A stretch of 64,000 bases of DNA. Source: an uncultured delta proteobacterium (GTDB lineage Bacteria; Myxococcota_A; Polyangia; Polyangiales; Polyangiaceae). This document shows positions 47,479 to 57,560 of the stretch, one piece after another. The notes beneath the pieces were generated by a model. The model saw nothing but the letters and a program-made list of their open reading frames with translations, was not told where the DNA came from and did not search any database. Position 1 is the first letter of the stretch, and each line of letters starts with the position of its first letter. The position numbers were made by a program, and so were the translations under genes. Location of the stretch: contig CAVOKF010000008.1 of NCBI GenBank assembly GCA_963696385.1, forward strand, positions 64,001 through 128,000, written 5' to 3'.

Positions 47479-49422
47479 GTGGCTCGAGATCCGCCACTCT
47501 CCCGCGACCGGCTTCTAGGGGCCGACGCCGCGCTCGCGGCGCTGGTCGTCGTGGCGGTCGGCCTGATGATCGTACCGCTGCCGACCTGGGTGCTGGACGT
47601 CTTGATTTCGGCAAACTTGTCGGCCGCGGTCGTCGTCCTTCTCGTCGTCCTGTACGTACCGGATGCGATCGGAATCGCCACGTTCCCGACGTTATTGCTG
47701 CTGACGACGCTTTTCCGCCTTGCCCTGAACGTCGCGTCGACCCGCCTCATTCTGATCCAGGCGAACGCAGGACGCGTGATCAAGGCCTTCGGTTCCTTCG
47801 TCGTGCACGGCAACTACGTAGTCGGTGCGGTGGTCTTCGTCGTTTTGACGACGATTCAATTCATCGTGATCGCGAAGGGGTCGGAACGCGTTGCAGAGGT
47901 CGGGGCGCGGTTCGCGCTCGACGCCATGCCGGGCCGGCAAATGGCGATCGACGCGGAGTTGCGCGCCGGCACCCTGGATGGGCACGAAGCCCGGGTGCGC
48001 CGCCGGGCTCTGCAACGCGAAAGCCAGTTCTACGGCGCGATGGACGGCGCCATGAAATTCGTCAAGGGCGACGTCATCGCATCGATCGTCATTGTCGTCG
48101 TCAACCTGTTCGGCGGCCTCGCCATCGGGGTCGTCATGCGCGGCATGGCGATCGAGGCTGCCCTCCGACGCTACGGACTGCTCACGATCGGCGACGGTTT
48201 GGTCACCCAAATTCCGGCTCTGGTGCTGTCGACCGCGGCTGGCGTCCTGGTGACCCGAGTGGCCAGCGAGGAGGCCGACACCCCGCTCGGCGAAGAGCTT
48301 GCGCGGCAGCTGCTCGGCGTCCCGAAGGCGCTGCAGGTGGCCGGCGTGTTCGTGCTGATGCTGGCCGCCGTCCCCGGCCTGCCGCCGGTGCCGTTTCTCT
48401 TGCTGGGCGTGACCCTGTTTTTCGTCGGGCGCGGGCGCGCCCGGGCCCAGGCCATCGAGCAGAGCTACAGGGCGTCCGAACCGCCGCGCGACCCTCGCGC
48501 GCGAGGGCGCGGCAACGAGCCCAGCTTCGTTCCGCGGGTCGTGCCCTGGAGCATCGAGATCGGCGACGGTCTCGCCTCGATGATCGAGCGCGAGGTTCAC
48601 GGTCTGCGCCCGGTGGCGGTCGAAGTGCGCGAGCGGATTTTCGAAGATCTCGGCGTTCCGCTTCCCGCGCCGCGGATCGGCATTCGACAGGCCCTGAAGG
48701 GGCGCGAAGTCCTCGTTTCGCTTCACGAGGTACCCGCCGCTGCGATCGTCGTTGCCTCCGGAGCGACCGACGAGCAGGCCGCCTCGTGGATTCGCGATCG
48801 CGTCCTGGATCTCATCCGGCCGCGGGCCGCCGATTTCTTGGGCCTTGCCGAAGTTCAGCGGCTTCTCGACGAACTCGAACCGTTCGCGCAGCCGGCCGTA
48901 CGCCACGTCGTGCCCAAGCCGATGAGCCTGGTGTTGCTGACCGACGTTCTTCGGCGGCTCGTCCGCGAGCGGGTGAGTGTGCGCGATCTCGCAGGCATTC
49001 TCGAAGGTCTATCGACCGTCGCGCCGACGGAGAAGGACGCCGTCCGCCTGGCCGAACACGCGAGGATGCACTTGCGCCGTGCCATCACGTTCCGTCTGAC
49101 CGGGGGCATGGCCAGTCTGGACGTGGTGCTGCTCGATCCGATCCTCGAAGACACCGTGCGCCACGGGATCACCCGCACCGCGGCAGGCGCATCCTTGGCG
49201 CTGCCCCCGCACACCTCGCGCGACGTCCAGGCAAGCATCCGGCGCGCCATCGCCGCAAGCGTCCCCGCCGACCGGCCCGCGGTCATTCTGACCCAACCAG
49301 ACATTCGGCATTTCGTCTGGACGCTACTGGAGGTGGACACTCCCGATGTCCGCGTCGTGAGCTCCGCCGAACTCTTGCCCGAGGTCACGATCCGGCCGAT
49401 TGCCCACGCGACGCCGGCATGA
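47479..49422 (+). CDS. FHIPEP-family type III export gate protein (FlhA/SctV)
   Basis: FPTLLLLTTLFRLALNVASTRLIL, KGSERVAEVGARFALDAMPGRQMAID, FYGAMDGAMKFVKGD and TIGDGLVTQIP motifs. GTG start at 47479 inferred. Confidence 0.95.
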   Translation: MARDPPLSRDRLLGADAALAALVVVAVGLMIVPLPTWVLDVLISANLSAAVVVLLVVLYVPDAIGIATFPTLLLLTTLFRLALNVASTRLILIQANAGRVIKAFGSFVVHGNYVVGAVVFVVLTTIQFIVIAKGSERVAEVGARFALDAMPGRQMAIDAELRAGTLDGHEARVRRRALQRESQFYGAMDGAMKFVKGDVIASIVIVVVNLFGGLAIGVVMRGMAIEAALRRYGLLTIGDGLVTQIPALVLSTAAGVLVTRVASEEADTPLGEELARQLLGVPKALQVAGVFVLMLAAVPGLPPVPFLLLGVTLFFVGRGRARAQAIEQSYRASEPPRDPRARGRGNEPSFVPRVVPWSIEIGDGLASMIEREVHGLRPVAVEVRERIFEDLGVPLPAPRIGIRQALKGREVLVSLHEVPAAAIVVASGATDEQAASWIRDRVLDLIRPRAADFLGLAEVQRLLDELEPFAQPAVRHVVPKPMSLVLLTDVLRRLVRERVSVRDLAGILEGLSTVAPTEKDAVRLAEHARMHLRRAITFRLTGGMASLDVVLLDPILEDTVRHGITRTAAGASLALPPHTSRDVQASIRRAIAASVPADRPAVILTQPDIRHFVWTLLEVDTPDVRVVSSAELLPEVTIRPIAHATPA

Positions 49423-49425
49423 TCG

Positions 49426-50310
49426 TCACATCTTTTGACGGACCATCCTGCGCGGGGCGGCGCCGCTCCGCAAAAATAGCTGCTTTGCCTCCTGCTGCAG
49501 CAGGGGATGCACCCTCTTTCCGCCGAGGAACATGCCGAGCAATTGGGGGCTCATCTCGAAAAGCTTCTTCAGCGCTCGCGATGCCCCCTTCATGTCCCCG
49601 GCTCCGGTGCACGCAAAGGCTCGCGCGCGCCACATTTGAACGCGCATCTCGGCGAAATCCGGATCGTCCGGATTGAACACGTCGAGCAGCTCCACGGCCT
49701 TCTTTCCCTGCCCCGTCCGGCCCCACGCTTCCCCGGCCACGGCTGCAAACATCGCGCGGGTCTTGGGCTCCTGCTGTTTGCCAAGCTCGATCTTGTCGAT
49801 GAGCGAGCGGGCCTCCTGGATGTCGCCGAGCTGCAAGTGCAGGCTGGCGCGCAGGCACCTCACTTGATCCGCCATGGGGGTGATTTGCCTACCGAGATCG
49901 ATGGATTCGAGCGTCGCGAGCGCCTTTTTGGGATCCTGCTGCATCTCGAGCTGTGACCGCGCGATCACGGCCTGCACGTCGCCCTTTTTGAACTGGGTCT
50001 CGAGCTGTTTGAGCGCGTCCTGGCGGCCTTCTTCGGTCAGCGAGGCGGAACGCAGCAGCGCGCCGAGCGCGCGCGATTTCTTGACGTAACGCACGACCCA
50101 GACGCCGGCGCCGATCGCGAAGATCGTCAGCGCGCCCGCGACGATGACCGGCACGATCGTCCAGCGGAGCGCCACGAACGCGACCACCCAGACTGCGGCG
50201 ACGATCAGGCCGACCCTCAACAAGACCTTCTTGAGATCGACCGGAGGCTTTTCGGACGCGGCGCTCGACGGCGTCGACAGGTCGCGCAGCTCGCGCTGCA
50301 TGACGGCCAT
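49426..50310 (-). CDS. Hypothetical membrane-anchored helical-repeat protein
   Basis: Two TM helices followed by TPR-like helices; coding-like composition. Start may be GTG 50349; the upstream RG-repeat extension comes from a microsatellite. Confidence 0.75.
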   Translation of the reverse strand: MAVMQRELRDLSTPSSAASEKPPVDLKKVLLRVGLIVAAVWVVAFVALRWTIVPVIVAGALTIFAIGAGVWVVRYVKKSRALGALLRSASLTEEGRQDALKQLETQFKKGDVQAVIARSQLEMQQDPKKALATLESIDLGRQITPMADQVRCLRASLHLQLGDIQEARSLIDKIELGKQQEPKTRAMFAAVAGEAWGRTGQGKKAVELLDVFNPDDPDFAEMRVQMWRARAFACTGAGDMKGASRALKKLFEMSPQLLGMFLGGKRVHPLLQQEAKQLFLRSGAAPRRMVRQKM

Positions 50311-50431
50311 GCTTCGCTTCTTTTTCTTCTTCGGGAGCGCCGAGCGCACCCTCCGGTTTGGCGTCGTTCGGCACGGGCGGCAGGCTGCCGGCAATAGCGC
50401 GACCGACGCCGCCACGCAAACGAGGCTTTGG

Positions 50432-50600
50432 CGACCGCGACCGCGACCTCGACCCCGACCCGGACCCCGACCGCGACCGCGACCGCGACCTCGACCTCGA
50501 CCTCGACCTCGACCCCGACCTCGACCCCGACCTCGACCTCGACCCCGACCTCGACCCCGACCCCGACCTCGACCTACCTCGACCGCGACCACCGCGACCG
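50432..50600. repeat. Hexanucleotide microsatellite (CGACCN)n, about 25 units
   Basis: CGACCG/CGACCT/CGACCC units run between smc and the next gene. Confidence 0.95.
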
Positions 50601-50618
50601 AGACCTCGGCGTCACCGT

Positions 50619-53600
50619 CTATGCGACGGCGTCGATGCGGCCTTCGCGGGGATCGCGAAAGTCTTCGGACGACCGCGTGCCTCTTTGGGATGGCAGGTCG
50701 TTGATCTTGACGCTCACGATCTTCGAAATGCCCGCCTCCGGCATCGTCACTCCGTACAGCACGTCGACCATCTGCATCGTGCGCTTGATGTGCGTGATGA
50801 GGATGAACTGGGAACGGTCGGTCATGGATCGGACCAATTCGTTGTAGCGGGCGACGTTGGCTTCATCGAGAGGGGCATCGACCTCGTCCAGGATGCAGAA
50901 CGGCGACGGCTTAATCTGGAATATGGCAAATACCAAGCTTACCGCCGTAAGTGCCTTTTCGCCGCCGCTCATGAGCTCGATGTTCGACAGTTTCTTGCCG
51001 GGGGGCTGTGCCACGATGTCGATTCCGGTCTCGAGCAGATCGTTCGGGTCGGTCATCCGCAGCTCGCCACGGCCGCCGCGGAACATCCGGGGAAATATTT
51101 CACGGAAGCGCTCGTTCACGGCCTGGAACGTTTCTTCGAATAGACGTCGAGATTCGCGATTCATCTGGCCAATCGCCCGCTGCAGATCGGCAAGAGCCTT
51201 GTCCAGATCCGCCTTCTGCGTCGTGTAGAAGACGAACCGCTGCTCGGCATCGGCGTGCTCGCGCATTGCGTCGAGATTGACGCTTCCCATGCGTTCGAGA
51301 AGCCGCGCCAACTCGTCGATGCGGGCGCGGGACATCTCGTCGGGCGGTGGCCGCAGGTGGTAGTCGCCGACGACGTGCGGAAGATGGACGCCTCGGAACT
51401 TGTCGGCGGTCGAGGCGAGCAGGTGATCCATCGCGATCTGATTCTCGCGACGCGCAATCTCGTGCGTCTGAAGCTCTTCACGCGCGGCCTCGACGCGAGC
51501 GCGAATCTCCTTCAGGTTCCGCTCCTGATCGACGAACGCCGCGCGCAGCAGTTCGAAGGCGGAACGCGTGTGATTCACTTGGTCGGCCGCGTGGAGCGCG
51601 CCATCGAGTGCGCCCTGAAGCTGTTCCTTGTGGATGACAAGGTGTGCCGCCGTTTCGCCGAACGTCCTGGCGTTGGCGACCAACTCGTCCGAGATGCGGG
51701 CCGCGCGCTCATCGAGCTCCGCCGCGCTTCGGGACAGCCTGGTCTCGGTGCCCCGCGCCGCGGCCAGCCGTTCGCGCGTCCCCGCGACCGCGACCTTGAT
51801 CGCCATGACGACCTGGCGTTGCGCATCCAGCCGCTGCCTGGCTTCCGATAGGGCGGCGTCGGCGTCGGCTAGCTCCTGCTGACTGATCTCGACTTGCGCG
51901 CTGCCGTCCGCCACGACACGCGCGGCTTCATCGCGCTCGAAGCCGGCCTCTTCGATCGCGCGCTCGAGCTCGGCGTCCTCGCGCAGCAGCGACGCCATCC
52001 GGCGCATCACCGACTCGAGCTCGCCCTCGGCCTTTTGCAGGTCCTTCTCCGCCCCAACCAGGGCGATCTCGCGCGTATGCGCCTCGTGACGCACGCGGTC
52101 GAGCGCGGCGATCGTCTGCGCCATCTCGCTGCGCGATGCCATGAGCCCTTCCAGGTGGCGAGAGACCACCCGATCGAGCTGGTCGATTTCTTCCGACAGG
52201 GCGCGCGCTTCGCGCTTGCCCTCCAGCAGGCCGGCCGCCAGTTCGTCACCCTGGCCCCCTTCGATGAGGCCGTCGCCATGCAACACGGATCCATCGGTCG
52301 TGACCAGTGTGGCGACGAAACCAGCGGCGCGAAGACGCATCGCGATCGAGAGGTCCCGGACGACGACCGCGTCGCCGACGAGTGCGCGCACCCATGCCTC
52401 GTCTTCGACCGCGTAGCGGATGCCCTCGACGAGCCGCCCGACGACGCCCTCGTCCTCGGGCGCCGCCGCACCGGATCCGGCGACACAGGGCGGGTGGAGG
52501 GGCACGAGGGTCGCCCGTCCACTGCGCTTTTGACCGAGATCCTCGAGAAGAGCCACGCCCCGATCCACATCCCGAACCACCACGGCTTGTAGCCGCGCAC
52601 CGAGCAGCCCCGCGAGCGCCAAGGTCAGATGCTCGGCAGCCTCTATGCGATCCGCGACGAGACCGGCGACGCAGGCGTCGCGCGTACGGACGAGCGATTG
52701 CGGGCCAATCCCCACACCCTCCAGGCGCGCGTGCACTTCTTCGAGCGCCCCGAGGCGCGAGCGCTTCCGGGACAAATCGGCCTTGCGTTCCTCGAACGCG
52801 CGCTCCTGGCCCGCGATGGCACCCTTCAGCTCCCCCAGGCGCAAATCGAGCGACGCCTTGGCCGCCTCCGCCGTCTCGCGCTGCGAACGGGAGTCGCTGA
52901 CCGAACCATCGAGATCGCCGACCCGCGCTTGCAGGTCGAGTCGGCTCGCCTCGAGGGTCCGACGCTCTTCGCACAAGCGATCGCGGCGGGCCTCCATTTC
53001 GGACCGGCGCCGTTCGAATCCGGCCAGGCTCGCCTCCGCCCGCGCGATCTCGGTGCGCGCGCTGGCGATTCTTTGCCGGCGCTCGGTCGCACGCGCGTCC
53101 GCGATGCGGTGTGCCGTGAGGTAGTCGTCCAACGCCCGCTCCCTCTCGCCGACCAAGAGGGCCTGCTCGGTTTCCGCTTCTTCGAGAAATCGAAGTTCGG
53201 CCGTCACGGTCTGGCGCTCGATCGCGAGCCTATCCGCTTGCGCGGACATCTCGCCCCTTTCGCCCTCGGCTTGCTGCTCGCGTTGCGTCAGAAGGACGAG
53301 CCGGTCCCGAGATTCGAGCGATGGCGGCTTCCTCCGCTCGGACGGCGTTCGCGGCCGCGAAGCTCGTGTTCGTGGCCTCCTCGAGACGCGCTTCGGCGTC
53401 ATGCAAAGGGTGGCGCGCGGCCTCGTGGTCCGCTTCGCCCAGCGCGAGGTCGCCCCTCTCGCGCTCGAACACCTCCGAAGCTCGTGCAACCTCGGCCGTC
53501 TCGAGTTTGATCCAGCCGATGAGTTCGAGGTAGCGGTTCACCGACTCGTGCAACTGCAGGTCTTCGACCTCCTTGCGGTACGCCACGTAGCGCTCCGCCT

Positions 53601-54243
53601 TTGCGGCCTGTCTCTTGAGCGATCCGATCGTGCGTTCGATCTCGGCAACGATGTCGCCGACCCGCAGAAGATTCTGCTGAGTGAGCTCCATCTTTTTTTC
53701 CGCTTGTTTCTTTCGCGCCTTGAACTTCGTGATGCCCGCCGCTTCTTCGATGAGCAGCCGCCGCTCCTCCGGTCGGGCGCTCACGATCAAGCCCACTTTG
53801 CCCTGTTCGACGATCGCGTAGGCCTTCGTGCCTGCGCCGGTGCCGAGAAAGAGATCGGTCACGTCACGCAACCGAACCGCCGTCTTGTTGATGAGATATT
53901 CGCCGTCGCCCGATCGGTGGAGCCGGCGCGTCACCGCGATTTCGCCGTACTCCTTGTATTCGAGCGGCATTTCTTCGGGGACGTCGTTTTCGAACGTGAG
54001 CGTGACCTCGGCGTAGTCGTGAGGAGATCGGGACTCGCTGCCGCTGAAGATGACGTCGTCCATCGACCGGCCGCGCAGATGCCGAGCACTCTGCTCGCCC
54101 ATGCACCAGCGAATCGCATCGACGATGTTCGACTTGCCGCACCCGTTCGGCCCGACGATGCCAAGCACGTCGTGATCGAAGTGCAAGACGGTTCGGTCGA
54201 CGAATGACTTGAAGCCGATGAGCTCGACCTTCTTGATTTTCAT
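50619..54243 (-). CDS. smc: Chromosome segregation protein SMC, split by a 1-nt frameshift near 53313
   Basis: N-terminal GFKSF and [13 protein letters not shown] in ORF 53230-54243. Hinge, MSGGEK and LDEVDAPLD in ORF 50619-53489. The frames join as AIAR-SRDRL if one base is removed. Confidence 0.95.
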
Positions 54244-54447
54244 CCTGAGACCTCTTCACGCCATGGACATGTCACTTCACATATGGTCATGGCTAAGGCT
54301 CATCTGTATCGCCCTTCGCCTGTTCAGTTCAAGGAGAATGGACCCATGGGACGCCGAGGTGTCCGCCGGGATGGCTGGCTCCGATCGGTCCGGTTCCGAT
54401 GGACTTGCACTCGCTCTTGGGACCGGTCTGGCACTCCGCGGACCGGT

Positions 54448-54474
54448 CTGGCACTCCGCTTGACAGAGTGCCAA
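54448..54474 (+). promoter_or_regulatory. CIRCE-like inverted repeat (HrcA operator) overlapping a TTGACA -35 box
   Basis: CTGGCACTC-cgcTTGACA-GAGTGCCAA versus consensus TTAGCACTC-N9-GAGTGCTAA; 22 bp upstream of ATG 54497. Confidence 0.8.
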
Positions 54475-54496
54475 ACCGGTCATATCGGTTCTTGTC

Positions 54497-54862
54497 ATGC
54501 CGACCTACGAGTACGCATGCTCGGCGTGCGGCCACCAATGGGAGCAAATTCAGCGAATTACCGAGGGGCCCATCGACCTTTGTCCCAAGTGCGCCCAGTC
54601 CTCGGCATACCGGCTCATCAGCGGAGGCACGAACTTCATTCTGAAGGGTGGAGGTTGGTATTCCGACCTTTACTCGTCGCCCAAGGCGCAGGCCAAGAAC
54701 TCCGCCGAAGGCGCGGCCGCCTCTTCGGAACCAACGGCTGCGACCGGTAAGGCGGCGGAGGGCAAACCCGCGGAAGGCAAGGCGGCACCGACCGCACCGG
54801 CGTCCCCCGCAAAGCCTGCGACTCCCACTCCGCCTGCAACGCCCCCCGCTGCTTCGAGTTGA
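54497..54862 (+). CDS. FmdB-family zinc-ribbon protein
   Basis: MPTYEYACSACG...CPKC...FILKGGGWYSDLY with an Ala/Pro-rich tail. Confidence 0.92.
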   Translation: MPTYEYACSACGHQWEQIQRITEGPIDLCPKCAQSSAYRLISGGTNFILKGGGWYSDLYSSPKAQAKNSAEGAAASSEPTAATGKAAEGKPAEGKAAPTAPASPAKPATPTPPATPPAASS

Positions 54863-55434
54863 CATTCGGCCTCCCCGCGTGGGCCGGGGCAAGCCCGCCC
54901 GTGACGATGGCGTCGCGACACGCCGAAGACGGCGTGCCGGACGTGCGTGTCGCTCATCCCGAGCAGGCGCCCGACCCGAGCGTACACGAGGGTCATGACG
55001 CGCCCGTCCGGCGGCGAAGCGATCGCGGCGAGATCGTTTTCCCACAGGCGAGCCTCGTCGGCGAAATCGAGCGTCGAGACTTGAGCGCCGAACACCTGTT
55101 CCAGATGCGGGTCGACCCGCTTGCGGCCGCACAGCCAGCGCTTTGCGCACAAGGCTCCGCGCGCGAGCTGGTGGAAGCGCGACATCGCCACCATCCACGG
55201 CTCCGCATCGCGTGCTCCGGACGCCACCTCGCCCAGATCCGAGATTCGCCTGCGAATGTCGTCGAGCTCCAGATCGTCGATTTCGCGCAACGCACCGGGA
55301 AAGCGTTTGGCGAGGACGATCATCCGAGATCGGGCTTGCGCGGGGGTCTCGCCTCCGGACGCGTGCGCGACCCGCATCTCCAACATTTCGATGTATTTGC
55401 CCCTCAGTTCATGGGCTTCGCGGGTCGCTAGCAC
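54670..55434 (-). CDS. Hypothetical protein
   Basis: Plausible helical protein (ELRGKYIEML...RFPGALREIDDL...PPDGRV) filling the gap between FmdB and pheA. Start uncertain; the 3' end overlaps the FmdB gene antisense. Confidence 0.55.
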   Translation of the reverse strand: MLATREAHELRGKYIEMLEMRVAHASGGETPAQARSRMIVLAKRFPGALREIDDLELDDIRRRISDLGEVASGARDAEPWMVAMSRFHQLARGALCAKRWLCGRKRVDPHLEQVFGAQVSTLDFADEARLWENDLAAIASPPDGRVMTLVYARVGRLLGMSDTHVRHAVFGVSRRHRHGRACPGPRGEAECQLEAAGGVAGGVGVAGFAGDAGAVGAALPSAGLPSAALPVAAVGSEEAAAPSAEFLACALGDE

Positions 55435-55490
55435 TCCGAGAATCGTACGGCATGTGACAGCCGATGGCCCAACGGTTAGTTTGTCGATCC

Positions 55491-56564
55491 GTGGCGGACG
55501 ACAAGCGCGAGGACGTGGAAGAAGTCCGTCGCCAGATGGGTGAGATCGACCGCCAAATGCTGGCGCTGGTCGACCGCCGCGCGCGGGCCGCGCGGCGCAT
55601 CGCAGAGCTCCGCAAGGGGCAGCCGCCCGGGCTTCCCGTGAACGATCCCGCGGCGATCCGCGAGCTCGTGGCGCACTCGAGCGGCGACCTTGCGGAAGAG
55701 CCACTCCGGGAGATCTTCCGAACCATTTTTGCCGCGTGTCTCGCGCTCGAGCTTCCGGCCGCCGTCGCCTTCGTCGGATTGGACGGGGATGCGGCCAGCT
55801 GCACGGCCGAAGGAAGGTTCGGATCGACTTCCCCTCTCAAGGGATTCGAGACGACCGAGGCGGCGCTCGAAGAAGTCGCCCGACGACGGGCAGAATTTGC
55901 GGTGGTTCCGTTCGAAACATCGACCGACGGGCCCGTCCGGTCGACGATCGCGGGGCTCGTGGCGAGCGATCTGCGCGTCGTCGAAGTCATCGATGCGAGT
56001 TTCGATTTGCAGGTGATGAGCCGGACCGGCCATCTCGCGGACGTCGGGACGATTTACGCGACCCCGATCGATCGCGCATCGTGCCGGCAGGCGCTCGGCG
56101 AAATGGCGCCTCGGTTCGCCGCTCTGGACGTCACGACGCCGGTTTTGGCCTGCCAACGCGCGGCCGAGGATCCTGCAGGTGCAGCCATCGCGATCGAAAA
56201 GGTCGGCGCAAAGATCGGACTGCGCGTCGTGCGTCGCGGCGTCGCGGACGAAGGCGGCGCACGCATTCGCTTCGCGGTCGTCGGCAGTCGCCCGTCCAGG
56301 CGCACGTCGAACGACGTGACCTCCTTCGTTTTCAGCGTCCAGGGACCGTCGGGATCCTTGCTCGATGTGCTCAAGGTCTTCGCCGAGCGGGGTGTGAATC
56401 TGACCAAGATTCAGAGCCATCCGCTCAAGGGCGAGGCGTACAATTACCTTTTTTATGCGGAGACCCTCGGGCACTTCACCGATCGCCCACTCATCATCGT
56501 GTTCGAAGAGCTCCGACGCGTGACTCGGTTCTTCAAACTCCTGGGATCGTACCCGGCGGCGTAA
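55491..56564 (+). CDS. pheA: Chorismate mutase-prephenate dehydratase-ACT protein (PheA-like, divergent)
   Basis: CM-like N-terminal helices, AVVPFETSTDG, GVNLTKIQSHP, YLFY and KLLGSYP. Canonical catalytic motifs are altered. Confidence 0.8.
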   Translation: MADDKREDVEEVRRQMGEIDRQMLALVDRRARAARRIAELRKGQPPGLPVNDPAAIRELVAHSSGDLAEEPLREIFRTIFAACLALELPAAVAFVGLDGDAASCTAEGRFGSTSPLKGFETTEAALEEVARRRAEFAVVPFETSTDGPVRSTIAGLVASDLRVVEVIDASFDLQVMSRTGHLADVGTIYATPIDRASCRQALGEMAPRFAALDVTTPVLACQRAAEDPAGAAIAIEKVGAKIGLRVVRRGVADEGGARIRFAVVGSRPSRRTSNDVTSFVFSVQGPSGSLLDVLKVFAERGVNLTKIQSHPLKGEAYNYLFYAETLGHFTDRPLIIVFEELRRVTRFFKLLGSYPAA

Positions 56565-56577
56565 TGCACCGAGGTCT

Positions 56578-56675
56578 GGGGCCGCGGTCGGGGTCGGGGA
56601 AGTCGGGGTCGGGGTGGTCGGGGTCGGGGTGGTCGGGGTCGCGGTCGGGGTTGGGGTTGTTGGGGTCGCGGTCGC
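56578..56675. repeat. G-rich (GGGGTC/GCGGTC)n microsatellite
   Basis: About 10 GGGG tracts separated by TC/TGGTC/TT between pheA and cmk. Confidence 0.9.
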
Positions 56676-56720
56676 GCGGCAGCCGGTCCAAGGCGAAAAA
56701 GACGGTGCTATAGAAGCCGC

Positions 56721-57419
56721 GTGACCGAGTCGTCGCGCACTCGTCCCATCATCGCGATCGACGGACCCGCCGGCGCCGGAAAAAGTACCGTGGCGAAGCG
56801 GTTGGCGGATGCGCTCGGCTTCGTTCTCGTCGATACGGGCGCACTGTACCGCGCCGTCGCGCTCGCGGCGAAGACCGCGCACGTCGCCTGGGACGATGCG
56901 GTTGCCGTGGGCACCCTGGCTCGATCGCTCGTGGATGGTCAAGCCATCGCCTTCGACCGCGACGGGGGACCCGACATGCGGGTGGTCCTTCATGGGCGCG
57001 ACGTGACCGAAGCCATTCGTGCGCCGGACATCGCCATGGGAGCCAGCACGGTCTCGGCGCATCCCCAGGTTCGAGAGGCACTTCTCGCCCTGCAGCGGCA
57101 GTTCGGACGACTCGGCGGCGTCGTTCTGGAGGGTCGCGACATCGGAACGGTCGTATTTCCCCATGCCGACATCAAGTTTTTCCTGACGGCGCGACCCGAG
57201 GTGAGGGCTCGGCGCCGGTTCGACGAACTGGCCGCCAAGGGGGTGACGACCACCTTCGACGAGACGTTGGCCGACGTGCGCCGAAGAGACGATCAGGATT
57301 CGACACGCCCTATCGCGCCGCTCCGGAAAGCGCCGGACGCGATGCTCGTCGACAGCTCGGATCTGGGCATCGAAGAGACGGTCGCCCGCATGGTCGGTCG
57401 GGTCCGGGGGAGTGCCTGA
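56721..57419 (+). CDS. cmk: Cytidylate kinase
   Basis: IAIDGPAGAGKST, DTGALYR and EGRDIGTVVFP motifs. Confidence 0.97.
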   Translation: MTESSRTRPIIAIDGPAGAGKSTVAKRLADALGFVLVDTGALYRAVALAAKTAHVAWDDAVAVGTLARSLVDGQAIAFDRDGGPDMRVVLHGRDVTEAIRAPDIAMGASTVSAHPQVREALLALQRQFGRLGGVVLEGRDIGTVVFPHADIKFFLTARPEVRARRRFDELAAKGVTTTFDETLADVRRRDDQDSTRPIAPLRKAPDAMLVDSSDLGIEETVARMVGRVRGSA

Positions 57420-57560
57420 GCTCCGGACATGTTGGCGCAACGAGGATTTCAAGGTTTATGGCCTCTCGGAAGGCGCGGAAGACGAGCGCTGCCGCGGCAT
57501 ACTGAGGAGGAACCACGCCGCGAGAGGCGGGAAAGCCGCAGAACGCCGATGGGACCCAAC

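Noticed and set aside
47479..49422. Assigning the symbol flhA or sctV
   Set aside because: Flagellar versus injectisome orthology cannot be decided without phylogeny or neighbouring genes.
50311..50704. RG-, RP-, DLDP- and TS-repeat proteins
   Set aside because: These are translations of the (CGACCN)n microsatellite in different frames.
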